Shown here in pieces: positions 50,813 to 59,748 of a stretch of DNA of 64,000 nt. This stretch comes from an uncultured virus (IMG/VR IMGVR_UViG_3300028572_000010). Its lineage: Duplodnaviria > Heunggongvirae > Uroviricota > Caudoviricetes. The position numbers and the translations under genes are program-made. How positions within the stretch are numbered: the stretch's first letter is position 1; each line of letters begins with the position of its first letter. The stretch covers positions 62,001 through 126,000 of IMG/VR virus record IMGVR_UViG_3300028572_000010; one strand, 5' to 3'. The notes under the pieces were generated by a model that was not told where the DNA came from, searched no databases, and worked only from the letters and a program-made list of their open reading frames with translations.

Positions 50813-51037
50813 ATGAATAATCCAATAATGAGAGCTAAGCTTAAAGTAGATTCAATCACTTTAACTGAATATGGACAAATACTAAACTTAACTGTTAAGT
50901 ATTCTGACAATCCTGAAGATAATAGCTATTCTAAATATACACCCGTAGCTTCAGCTTCACTTACTATTACTAATCCAGCTTTAACAGACAAGTTTAAACC
51001 AGGACAAGTGTTCTATGTAGATTTTAGTGAAGCGTGA
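50813..51037 (+). CDS. small conserved phage protein
   Basis: MRAK.KV...EDNSYSKYTP.AS..LTITNPA....FKPGQVFYVDF pattern common in phages. Confidence 0.6.
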   Translation: MNNPIMRAKLKVDSITLTEYGQILNLTVKYSDNPEDNSYSKYTPVASASLTITNPALTDKFKPGQVFYVDFSEA

Positions 51038-51173
51038 ATAACAATTCTGAAGAAATGAAAGAAGAGTACTTAAGTTAAACTACACTAATTTACAACCATT
51101 ATGGATAGCTATGTAGGGAATTCAGAGAAAAGTAATAAATCATTGGTAATCCACAAATTATAAAGAATAATAT

Positions 51174-52928
51174 ATGAGCCAAGGCCACTTAACTGAAATT
51201 GATAATGCACAGATACCTAACTTTTTTGGAGCTGGTGCAGGACCATTAAGATATTCTAATCCCTTCTACGGGGTCCCGCAGCAATTTCTACCATTAAATA
51301 TTGACCATCAAATTTGGTGGTCTGCACATTTTTTGGTACGCTTTGGCTTTTACAGAACCGCATTGGAGAGAATAGCTAACTATTTCATTACTTCTCTTAA
51401 GATAGAATGTGATGATATTGATACTAAACAGAAATATGAAGATGCCTTTGAAAAACTTAAGTGGAAAGAAAGACTTGCAGAATCAGGATTAAACTTGTTG
51501 TCTTCCGGCAATCTTATGGTCTCTGTAGCCCAGGGATTTGATAGATTCCTTCAATGTCAGACTGAAGGTTGTAAGAGAATTACTAATATACAAAAGATAG
51601 ACAATTATGAATTTACAGCAAAAGGACATTATATTCTTCAATGCCCTCAATGCCAGGTTAAAGGTGATCATTTATGCATAGATAAACCTAGTAAAGATCT
51701 GGAAAGACTTAACCTTATTTTCTGGAATCCTAGGGAAATTCAGATTAGATTTGATAGAACTACCAATACCTCAGAATACTTGTGGGATATTCCTCAAGAA
51801 TACAGCAGTAAAGTCACTCAAGTAAACAATAAGTTTTTTAGCAAGGTTACTCCTAAACCTATATTTGATGCTATTTATAATAAAAGATTGTTTGCATTTA
51901 ACAATAAGAACTTTGTACATATTAAAACACCTACTCCAGTTCTTATGCCTCAAACTGGTAAGGGTATTCCACTTTGTATTTATTTATGGGATTCGTTCTT
52001 CATGCTTAAAGTATTAGAACGTTATAATGAAACTATAATGTTTGAAGATATAGTTCCTTTTAGAGTATTTAGCATGGCTCAACCTGGTGGAGATAATAGG
52101 CAAACAAGTCCTGTTATTCATCAAAATGCAAGTCAATGGAAGGCACACATAAATAATATGATAGAGAAGCATAGACAAGACCCAGGTGCTTATCATATGT
52201 TCCCCTTTCCATTTCAATATGACCATTTAGGTGGTGATGGTAAACAAATTGCACCTACTGAGCTTATTCAGAACACTATAGGTAATATTCTTAATGCCCT
52301 TAATATACCTCAAGAACTATATACCATGAATCTACAAGTACAAGCTATGAGTCCAGCACTTAGATTATTTGAGAATAGCTGGTCTTTTATGATTGATGTA
52401 TATAATAACTTATTACAAGAAATAGCAGATATCATTAGTAAAATTCAAGGATATGCCAAGGCTAAGGTGAGTATATTGCCAGTCACTCTTTCAGATGATA
52501 TTGAACGTAAGAGTATTATTGGTCAATTAGTCAGTGCTAATTCAATTGCTAGAAGTACCTTGCTCGACATTTACCATCTCGACTTCAAAGACCAGCTCAA
52601 GAAGAAGATGGAAGAAGATGAGATTACAAAAGAATTGCAGGAAGAACAACAAATTAAAGATCAACTTAAGCAAATGGCTGAATCTGGTCAATCTAATCAA
52701 CAAGGTGGTTCTAGTCCAGGTGATGTATTGCAACAAGCCCAGACTATTGCTCAACAACTATTCCCGTTAGATGGAGCACAACGCAGAACTGAATTGCAGA
52801 AGATTAAAGCTACTAATCAAACATTATGGTCTAGTGTTAAATCTGCTTTGGACGATATGACTAGTCAGGCTAAGTCACAGGGAGTACAAGGAAGCAAACA
52901 ACAAGCTCAAGGCGGGCAGCAACAATAA
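51174..52928 (+). CDS. probable portal protein with inserted Zn-ribbon
   Basis: 584 aa; NPF..P, ALERIANYFIT, FWNPREI and ALNIPQEL motifs; CQTEGC...CPQC insert; Gln-rich tail. Confidence 0.6.
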   Translation: MSQGHLTEIDNAQIPNFFGAGAGPLRYSNPFYGVPQQFLPLNIDHQIWWSAHFLVRFGFYRTALERIANYFITSLKIECDDIDTKQKYEDAFEKLKWKERLAESGLNLLSSGNLMVSVAQGFDRFLQCQTEGCKRITNIQKIDNYEFTAKGHYILQCPQCQVKGDHLCIDKPSKDLERLNLIFWNPREIQIRFDRTTNTSEYLWDIPQEYSSKVTQVNNKFFSKVTPKPIFDAIYNKRLFAFNNKNFVHIKTPTPVLMPQTGKGIPLCIYLWDSFFMLKVLERYNETIMFEDIVPFRVFSMAQPGGDNRQTSPVIHQNASQWKAHINNMIEKHRQDPGAYHMFPFPFQYDHLGGDGKQIAPTELIQNTIGNILNALNIPQELYTMNLQVQAMSPALRLFENSWSFMIDVYNNLLQEIADIISKIQGYAKAKVSILPVTLSDDIERKSIIGQLVSANSIARSTLLDIYHLDFKDQLKKKMEEDEITKELQEEQQIKDQLKQMAESGQSNQQGGSSPGDVLQQAQTIAQQLFPLDGAQRRTELQKIKATNQTLWSSVKSALDDMTSQAKSQGVQGSKQQAQGGQQQ

Positions 52929-52930
52929 TT

Positions 52931-53266
52931 ATGTCTAAACCAAACAAACCCAAAACTACAACTACTGACGCTATTCTAGGTAAGGCTAAAATACTTAAAG
53001 AAGTAACTTATCCTACTACCTGTCTGATCTGTGAAAAGACCATACCAGCTGAAAGGTTAGAGGCACTTAAGTTAATGAATACTACTAGAGATAGATGGAC
53101 TTGTATTGGTTGTAGTCAGGTAAGTAAAGTTAAAGGTTTATACTTGGGTGAGAGTGGAACTAGTCAATTACAGATCTGTACTAGAGTATATAATGACTCA
53201 GTTAGAAGTGTATTTAAGAGTGCAGAGACTGATTTAGAAGATAATAGTGAAGAGGAAAAAGTCTAA
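52931..53266 (+). CDS. DksA/TraR C4-type zinc-finger protein
   Basis: CLICEKTIPAERLEAL...TCIGC. Confidence 0.7.
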   Translation: MSKPNKPKTTTTDAILGKAKILKEVTYPTTCLICEKTIPAERLEALKLMNTTRDRWTCIGCSQVSKVKGLYLGESGTSQLQICTRVYNDSVRSVFKSAETDLEDNSEEEKV

Positions 53267-53269
53267 CCT

Positions 53270-54064
53270 ATGTCTAGTCCATCACTACAAGAAATACTTA
53301 GTAGATTAAATATAAATGGTGCCACAACTTTAGGTGGCATCAATTTTCCCAACTATCTTGTATCTACTAATAACTCTGGAGTAATAGATGCAACCTTATT
53401 CACTAGTACCCAATCAGTATATCAAGTAACGACTATTGGTGGTGGATTAGGAAGTATTACTAGTCCTAAAACTTGTGAAATAGCTATATTAGATAGTTCT
53501 TCAGTCTATGTTTACTCCTTAAGTGGTTGGTTATTGATAAGCTATACTGGTTCTGGAGTATTACCTTTTACTGGAGCTGGGTTTTCCAGCACTAATGTTC
53601 AAGCTGCGATAAATGAATTAGCAGGGAAAACCTTGCTTAATACTGGAGGTACAATAACAGGTTTAGTCTCATTCACTAATAATCCTCCATTCAGTGTTTC
53701 TAATGCTAGTCTAGTAACTAATTTAACAGCAAATTATCTTTATGTTAATAGTGTAATTGGTAGTCAGCGAGGAGATTACTTTACTAATGCATCTAATCTA
53801 GTTAATGGTACTATCGGATCAAGCTTGCTTAGTGGTGCATATAATATTAGTGTGCAATCTGCCAGTACTGCTGTTACTGCTAATAATGCTCTACACGCTA
53901 ATTCGGCTACTACTTTAGATACCGGACTACCCTTCAATCAAGTTACTGTAGGTGGCAATAACGCATTATCATCTACTAATACTACCTTAACCATAGTTGC
54001 TGGGGCTAATATTACATTAAGTTTAAATCCAGCTACTAATACCTTAACTATATCTGCTAGCTAA
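53270..54064 (+). CDS. fibre-like structural protein
   Basis: STNVQAAINEL, GGTITG, PPFSVSNASLVTNLTA and AGANITLS motifs. Confidence 0.6.
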   Translation: MSSPSLQEILSRLNINGATTLGGINFPNYLVSTNNSGVIDATLFTSTQSVYQVTTIGGGLGSITSPKTCEIAILDSSSVYVYSLSGWLLISYTGSGVLPFTGAGFSSTNVQAAINELAGKTLLNTGGTITGLVSFTNNPPFSVSNASLVTNLTANYLYVNSVIGSQRGDYFTNASNLVNGTIGSSLLSGAYNISVQSASTAVTANNALHANSATTLDTGLPFNQVTVGGNNALSSTNTTLTIVAGANITLSLNPATNTLTISAS

Positions 54065-54150
54065 AAAATAAAAATGAGCTGGAAAACTTATAGAGAAAAT
54101 TTCCCTACAGTTCTCCATCTTGTAGTCAAACTAAAGCAGTTCAATACTAG

Positions 54151-54178
54151 GCCCCTCCTACTAAAGAATAGGAGGGGC
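54151..54178. terminator. hairpin/terminator
   Basis: GCCCCTCCTA...TAGGAGGGGC inverted repeat. Confidence 0.45.
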
Positions 54179-54308
54179 GCAAAATTATGTTTTGTTCCTT
54201 TTAGCCAGTTTTTCTGCCAAAGGTGCAGGAAGTTTCACTTTCTCTCTAGGTTTTTTGATTGTATCAGCAGCACACCAATCATACTTAAAAATCGCCCACA
54301 TTATTTTT

Positions 54309-54698
54309 ATGGAAAATACTATAACTACTACTTTAAATAACAAACCAGTTTCATATAAACCAGCTACTAGAATAAATAATGCCAACCAACCAGAGGAAGT
54401 TAACTTCTTGTTCATTTTCTTATTAGGTATAATTGCCTCTAAATGGTGTATAAACCATAATAAGAAACGAATGCGAATTTATCTACCTGAAACTAAAAGG
54501 TATTTGGCTCTAGCTTTGCAGCAAGAGTGGGGTGGGACGGTTAGTAGAATAAACCGTGATAAACACCATAATGTTATGTGGCAAATAACCAGCACACGTT
54601 CCTTACAAGCAATTCGGGAGGCAGCTTTAGCTATTAAAACCTGGCTACCTCCCGAATTCTATCAGCAATTAATGATGTTTCTACAAGAACATATCTAG
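54309..54698 (+). CDS. degenerate LAGLIDADG-fold protein
   Basis: FLLGIIASKWCI aligns to the LAGLIDADG helix; LQQEWGGTV..W.I pattern. Confidence 0.4.
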   Translation: MENTITTTLNNKPVSYKPATRINNANQPEEVNFLFIFLLGIIASKWCINHNKKRMRIYLPETKRYLALALQQEWGGTVSRINRDKHHNVMWQITSTRSLQAIREAALAIKTWLPPEFYQQLMMFLQEHI

Positions 54699-54925
54699 GC
54701 CTTTTCAGGCTTTGATTTGTGACCGGTATTGTGATTAAGCTTTTGGGCTTTCCGATCAGCCAAACTCAACACTTTCTTACCATTCTTCTTCACACCCTTC
54801 TTAATCCACATATCCCGTTTAGCAACTCGTTTAGCCAACTGCTGCTTTTTATGACGGATAGTGACTGATTTTTGGGCTTCGTAGTAGGACCTTTTCCAAC
54901 CTGATCCCTTTTTATGTTTAGGCAT
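54695..54925 (-). CDS. small highly basic protein
   Basis: 76 aa, Lys/Arg-rich. Confidence 0.5.
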   Translation of the reverse strand: MPKHKKGSGWKRSYYEAQKSVTIRHKKQQLAKRVAKRDMWIKKGVKKNGKKVLSLADRKAQKLNHNTGHKSKPEKA

Positions 54926-54936
54926 GTAGGAGAAGG

Positions 54937-55725
54937 TTATGATTTGTGCTGTTCAGATTCCTCCAACACCTTATCCAAATCCGCCATAGCCTCCTGCATC
55001 GAGTTGATTGGAGGAGGGGCAACGAACTTGATTTTGGGCTTGGATTTCACCTTGCTGAAGTTATAGCTCCCTTTAAACTGGTTGCGCCGGAATTCGTTCC
55101 GCTTCTCGTAATCCACGCCGATATGTACCTCCAACTCTCCTATATCGATATTACCATTCTTGGAGAGAAGAGTATGCACATTGCTGGGTGTCCATATTTT
55201 CTTCGGTTTACCGCAGAACCAGGCCAGGAAAGTCTGCTGGTCCTGGGATGTGATGATCGTAATCACATCACACTTCAAGAACCTGAACCCGGCTGCATGG
55301 GCTACATAGGAGTAGGTGTTATGCTCCGGATCATAGTCCTTGGCAATACCCAAAGATTTGCCCCAGTTCGCCTTTTCGATTTCCGCAATAGTAGCGATGG
55401 TGCTGTGACCTTTCCCCTTATAAGAATCCACCAAGTTGAAGACCCAGGCCATGTCACCATCAGCCGTAACAGAGGTCAAATTCTTATCCATACTGGTAGG
55501 ATGAGAAATGACCTCCATAAACATGGCTTCTACTGAGAGGAAGTCAGTAACACCAACAACCGCAGAGCCTTCCCGGTATCCATGAGCTAGCCGGATTTTC
55601 TCAATTTCGAATTCCTCCTTGCTTTGAATGTTTTCCAGGTTGTTCACTGCATTACGATAAGCAGTGAGAATGACCTCTGTAAGAGAGGGTGTGACTTCAG
55701 TTTCCGGCAAGTTTTGTGTTTCCAT
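54937..55725 (-). CDS. hypothetical protein
   Basis: 262 aa ORF. Confidence 0.6.
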   Translation of the reverse strand: METQNLPETEVTPSLTEVILTAYRNAVNNLENIQSKEEFEIEKIRLAHGYREGSAVVGVTDFLSVEAMFMEVISHPTSMDKNLTSVTADGDMAWVFNLVDSYKGKGHSTIATIAEIEKANWGKSLGIAKDYDPEHNTYSYVAHAAGFRFLKCDVITIITSQDQQTFLAWFCGKPKKIWTPSNVHTLLSKNGNIDIGELEVHIGVDYEKRNEFRRNQFKGSYNFSKVKSKPKIKFVAPPPINSMQEAMADLDKVLEESEQHKS

Positions 55726-55759
55726 ATACTATTTTTGTTTGTGGTTTACTAACTTTGGT

Positions 55760-56410
55760 TTACTGGTTTTGTGTGTTTTGTGTGTGTTCCGTAGAATCAT
55801 TAACTATCTGTTTAACCATCCGCTTCGCTAACTTTTTACCGGTAGGAAAATCTTCGAGAAGTGACCCGTAAAGCTGACCCCAGGCACTTTGCAAACCTTT
55901 CGTATGATTAAAAGGATCAAGAACAAAACATTTAGACTCTCCAGTATATACCTTACCAGTAACTGGATGTGTAAATGATACTTTGGTTGATCCGCCGTTA
56001 GGAAAAATATAATTAGTATGCCGGGCATAATTTTCAGCTATACCACCAGCAATTTCATTCAGAACATCCAATTCTCGTCTTGCATGAAGTTGATGTACTG
56101 GTTGAAGTACATCCTGGCACATACGCTTAAACTTTGAAAGGGCATGGACATATTGAGCTTTATTGGTTGCCCCCAATCTTCTCAATTTTTCCTTCCACAC
56201 ATTTGTCAATGATACACCATCCCAGTCACTAAACCGCTTTACTTCAACGTTTACAGTGTAATTCAATTTTTCCAGAGTAGTACGAATTGTGGTTGGCTTT
56301 TCCAGATTCTCAAAAATGTCAGCCAGCACAATCACATTTGTATCTGTAACTTTGCCAAGCCATTTCCTTTTTGCTGGTTTCTTTTGTTTGTCTTCTACTT
56401 TTTCATTCAT
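55760..56410 (-). CDS. hypothetical protein
   Basis: 216 aa coupled ORF. Confidence 0.6.
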   Translation of the reverse strand: MNEKVEDKQKKPAKRKWLGKVTDTNVIVLADIFENLEKPTTIRTTLEKLNYTVNVEVKRFSDWDGVSLTNVWKEKLRRLGATNKAQYVHALSKFKRMCQDVLQPVHQLHARRELDVLNEIAGGIAENYARHTNYIFPNGGSTKVSFTHPVTGKVYTGESKCFVLDPFNHTKGLQSAWGQLYGSLLEDFPTGKKLAKRMVKQIVNDSTEHTQNTQNQ

Positions 56411-57393
56411 AATTCATTTTGTTTGGTTGCTGCTATTGCTAGTTTTGTTGCTCCTTCTATTGTTTTTGCGGTTGCCAGGAATTGAGCAGAATGACAGAAT
56501 ATTGCCTCTTCTACTCCCGAAATTGCTTGAAGTTTTTGGTCAGTTAATCCTGCCCATTCTTTAGGAAATGGTATTCTAAGATTTTCCGGGCCATTACTTT
56601 GATTGCCATCCATTCTGACTGCTGTGACTACATGAGCAGTTTTTTCCTGGTTAGGAAATATTACATGGGTTATATGAGGATGGTCTTTTACCACATCATA
56701 CCAAGTACAAAACTCCTCTAAGTATAAGAAAGGACTATGCTTGCTAATCCTAGCTTCGATATAAGGCTTGGCCAGAATCTCACTAGCCTTCTTTAAGATC
56801 AATCTAGTAAGCACAATACCAGCAGTACCAACCGCTAGTTTAAATGCATCATCATCTAAATCATAGCCTACTAAAGGAATTGGATTAAAACTACTTATAA
56901 TTGATTGAATTGTAGCTACTTCACAAATGAGTTCTGAATGACTACTATTTCTAGCTACAATGTTTAGTTGACCTTGGTCCTGCCAATCAATACTTTTGAC
57001 GAAGTTATCAACTTTATCAACAACATCAAATTCTAAGTTGGAGTCATAAATCTTTAACTTCTGCATACAATCATAAAGAAGATAACTTACAACTTGCCAA
57101 CCATGAGCTAACCAGACTAGACCAAATGAGCTATAGAGTGTCCCATCCTCCCTACAACTATTAAATCCAGGTTGGTGATGATCAAACTTACCATTAAGAG
57201 CATCATACTCACCCCCAACGTCTACCAAATAATCAGCACCTATCCAATCAACAGGATCACGACTTCTTATTACCGTTACAGGGATCTCTTCAGAATAAAG
57301 TAGTTGAAGGGTGGCACAAGCAAATACTTCATCGGCGTGAAAAATTCCTGTATGGGTCACTATAGTTATTTTTTCAGTTTTTGGCTCTTCCAT
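56407..57393 (-). CDS. MYG1-family (DHH superfamily) exonuclease/metal hydrolase
   Basis: THTGIFHADE, VDVGG, FDHHQ, SSFGLVW, FPKEWAGL and FCHSAQF motifs. Confidence 0.9.
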   Translation of the reverse strand: MEEPKTEKITIVTHTGIFHADEVFACATLQLLYSEEIPVTVIRSRDPVDWIGADYLVDVGGEYDALNGKFDHHQPGFNSCREDGTLYSSFGLVWLAHGWQVVSYLLYDCMQKLKIYDSNLEFDVVDKVDNFVKSIDWQDQGQLNIVARNSSHSELICEVATIQSIISSFNPIPLVGYDLDDDAFKLAVGTAGIVLTRLILKKASEILAKPYIEARISKHSPFLYLEEFCTWYDVVKDHPHITHVIFPNQEKTAHVVTAVRMDGNQSNGPENLRIPFPKEWAGLTDQKLQAISGVEEAIFCHSAQFLATAKTIEGATKLAIAATKQNEL

Positions 57394-57396
57394 AAA

Positions 57397-57912
57397 TCAG
57401 ATTTTGGTTTTGATAATGTGTTCAACCAGATTGATTAACTTCTTATACTGCTTACCAAACTTATTGTTTTTATGAGTCTTTTCTACTTTGTTTTTGAACT
57501 CAGTCAAATTTCCTGTAAAACAACCACAATCTACTTGAACATTCTTTCCTACCCAATAAATGGTAGTTTGAGCGTTTCTAGAACCAATTTTAGAAGAAGT
57601 AAATCTTTGTGGGTTAGATTTGAAACCAATACAAGTAATACAACTTATACAATCTCTACAATCTCTACAATAATTACAACTATTACAATCTCTACAATCA
57701 TAGCAACCATTACAACCTTTACAATAAATACAATCATTGCAATATCTACAATTACTACAATTATTACAACTACTACAATTATCACACCAACCACAATCAA
57801 TACAACTAGTACAACCGGTTAGGGTAGGTGAGTATAGAGTAGCTAATTCTTCTGATAACCAGCTATTATTGTTTTCGTCATACCATCTATTATATCTTTT
57901 TGTTATTTTCAT
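57397..57912 (-). CDS. (Cxx)n repeat protein, RWYDEN family, with IGSR...CGCF.G C-terminal domain
   Basis: Same N-domain and repeats; C-domain of the type seen on phage pentapeptide/hexapeptide repeat proteins; no shared tail motif. Confidence 0.75.
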   Translation of the reverse strand: MKITKRYNRWYDENNNSWLSEELATLYSPTLTGCTSCIDCGWCDNCSSCNNCSNCRYCNDCIYCKGCNGCYDCRDCNSCNYCRDCRDCISCITCIGFKSNPQRFTSSKIGSRNAQTTIYWVGKNVQVDCGCFTGNLTEFKNKVEKTHKNNKFGKQYKKLINLVEHIIKTKI

Positions 57913-58141
57913 AGTATTCAAAAGCTTCATCTAATTGTTTTAAAGCCTGGTCACGTTTTGACCCTTCCTTATACTTGAGATTAATACCTTTATTACCAGT
58001 AAGTCCAATATACAACCATGCTTTAAGTAGATCTCTAGGTTGAGGTGATGGACTATCAAACTCATTATATGCATAATAATTAGTTATAGCTGATAAAACT
58101 AACCTATGTCCATCTATAAATATAATTTTAGAATTTTTCAT
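57890..58141 (-). CDS. hypothetical protein
   Basis: 83 aa ORF. Confidence 0.5.
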   Translation of the reverse strand: MKNSKIIFIDGHRLVLSAITNYYAYNEFDSPSPQPRDLLKAWLYIGLTGNKGINLKYKEGSKRDQALKQLDEAFEYYENNKKI

Positions 58142-58164
58142 TGTTTTAGTTTTGTTGCTTTGGT

Positions 58165-58238
58165 TGGAGACGGTAATAGGAATTGAACCTATGAAACTTG
58201 TTTTGCAGACAAGTGCTTTGCCATTCAGCCATACCGTC
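58165..58238 (-). tRNA. tRNA-Cys(GCA)
   Basis: GACGGTA...CTTGT-CT-GCA-AA-ACAAG...GGTTCAATTCC-TATTACCGTC-T-CCA; U73 discriminator, encoded CCA. Confidence 0.92.
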
Positions 58239-58352
58239 TAGGATTAAAATTAGTACAGTACTTCAGCTTACGTGATGACTAAATATTTAGCAGGAACGAG
58301 TATGAAGTACTGTAATATCATCATAATATTCGTGACCTATAATGATGAAAGC

Positions 58353-58491
58353 GGAGCCGTGGGCCGGATTTGAACCGACATCGGCCGAATTTACTTCGGT
58401 GCTCTTCTTATTGAGCTACTTTTTCAAAAGACATTAATTAGCTAGATTAACGCGCGCTCTAGCCAACAACGTACAGTTAATAATTCACGGC
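58353..58491 (-). ncRNA. tRNA-like RNA with a 66-nt structured insertion in the acceptor stem
   Basis: GCCGTG[66 nt]G pairs with CCACGGC; D arm TAGCTCAA..GAGC; T arm GTCGG-TTCAAAT-CCGGC; atypical anticodon loop. Confidence 0.55.
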
Positions 58492-58528
58492 ATTAAGGCC
58501 TGTCAAATAATGAAATTGACAGGGAAAG

Positions 58529-58940
58529 TGGTGGACGTGGTTGGATTCTCACCAACGTGTTTACTTCAAAACAATATGATTTCTACAAGCTTAGCCAGAA
58601 TTTTAATACTAGAATAAGGAACTGACTCAACCTTAGCTATTCCAGTATTTTGTCCTTGTTAATTAGATTGTAATAGTACATAGACTAAACTATCACAACT
58701 CACTTATAGATTACGGTTCGTTAGTCCCATAAGTTTCAGACCAGGAACCGGTATTGGTTAAACCAACACTTCATTGACGGAGGGAACGAACTCATCCGCT
58801 TGCGCAGAAATCGCCATCGCTTCATCAAGAATGCTCATTTTGTTAGCATTTAACGTTTGCATTCATTTTTAGGTAGCCGAGAATGCTTCTACCGCTTGCT
58901 GTCATATCTTTCTAAAATAAGTCGATTATGTTACACGCCC
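58529..58940 (-). ncRNA. ssrA: tmRNA
   Basis: 5' GGGCGTG..ATCGAC pairs with 3' CACGTCC-ACCA including the G3-U alanine identity pair; T-arm; tag ORF 58847-58758 starting TAAAT-GCT-AAC. Confidence 0.85.
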
Positions 58941-59097
58941 ATAAAGCATATAAGAAAATGTTACACTACTAAATTATAATATGCTAGTATAATTTAGTTA
59001 AAGAAGGATTTGATTCTATTAAAGAACTTATCCTTTATTTTTGTTATTCTCCTGATAATTGAATCAGGTTTTCGACTAAGGGGGCTTTATTATTTAG

Positions 59098-59231
59098 TGC
59101 AGGAGGTAGGATTCGAACCTACAAGACGAATCTAATATCTTCAATGCTACGTTCGTCGACGGAGACCGGCTACTGATTGAAGTCAGGTAAGCCTACTATC
59201 CGTTGCGTCTGCCAATTCCACCACTACCTGC
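59098..59231 (-). ncRNA. tRNA(Leu)-like RNA with greatly expanded anticodon and variable arms
   Basis: Acceptor GCAGG(T)AG/CTCCTGC-A73; class II D arm TGGTGGAATTGGCAGACGC; T arm GTAGG-TTCGAAT-CCTAC; 134 nt. Confidence 0.65.
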
Positions 59232-59235
59232 AAAA

Positions 59236-59739
59236 CTATTCCTTAGACTTAAACTTACGTAATTGATACTGAGAAACACTAGAATAGACCTTACTGAGGT
59301 TGTTGTAAATTGCTTCAAATATATCACCGAACAAATTCCAAAACACACTCCAAGGCCAATAAGCAATCCAAGTTATAATCTTAGACTTCCAATAAGACAA
59401 GGATAGCTCACTTTTTAAACTCATTAATTGAACTTCACTTAATTCATTGCCGTATGCTGTTTTAAATTTTTCTATTATTTTTGCAGAAAACTTGAACCAC
59501 CGAAAAATGGACCAAAGCATTCCTATCACTAAATAACAGAAAGAATAAAGAATGACTGAACCCAAAGTTAAATGATGATGAATAGGTTCCCAACACATAA
59601 AAATCAAACTAGCCAGAACTATACTTCCAAATACTGGTTTATTGTGATCAATAGCGGCTGCCAATATCAGATTGGCAATTATGAGTAGCAACCAGAAAGC
59701 TAAGGTGCCAACTGCGAACAATGTGAATAAAGTATGCAT
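59236..59739 (-). CDS. membrane protein
   Basis: Three hydrophobic segments; WIAYWPWS motif. Confidence 0.65.
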   Translation of the reverse strand: MHTLFTLFAVGTLAFWLLLIIANLILAAAIDHNKPVFGSIVLASLIFMCWEPIHHHLTLGSVILYSFCYLVIGMLWSIFRWFKFSAKIIEKFKTAYGNELSEVQLMSLKSELSLSYWKSKIITWIAYWPWSVFWNLFGDIFEAIYNNLSKVYSSVSQYQLRKFKSKE

Positions 59740-59748
59740 ATTGGTTTA

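Noticed and set aside
54074..54415. Overlapping ORFs 54074(+), 54185(-) and the 54192 start
   Set aside because: Mutually overlapping and partly spanning a hairpin; only the ATG at 54309 gives a recognisable fold pattern. The 54185 minus-strand ORF cannot be fully excluded.
37888..57934. Val/Ile-rich, Thr-rich and LQLLQL ORFs in the ORF track (e.g. 37888, 40193, 40279, 41311, 44614, 46664, 57472)
   Set aside because: Alternative-frame or antisense shadows of the Cys-repeat genes.
59098..59231. Selenocysteine or opal-suppressor tRNA (TCA in the loop) implying TGA recoding
   Set aside because: The loop is 6 nt at the tip of an over-long arm and is complementary to the variable loop; genes end cleanly at TGA with ATGA coupling, consistent with the standard code.
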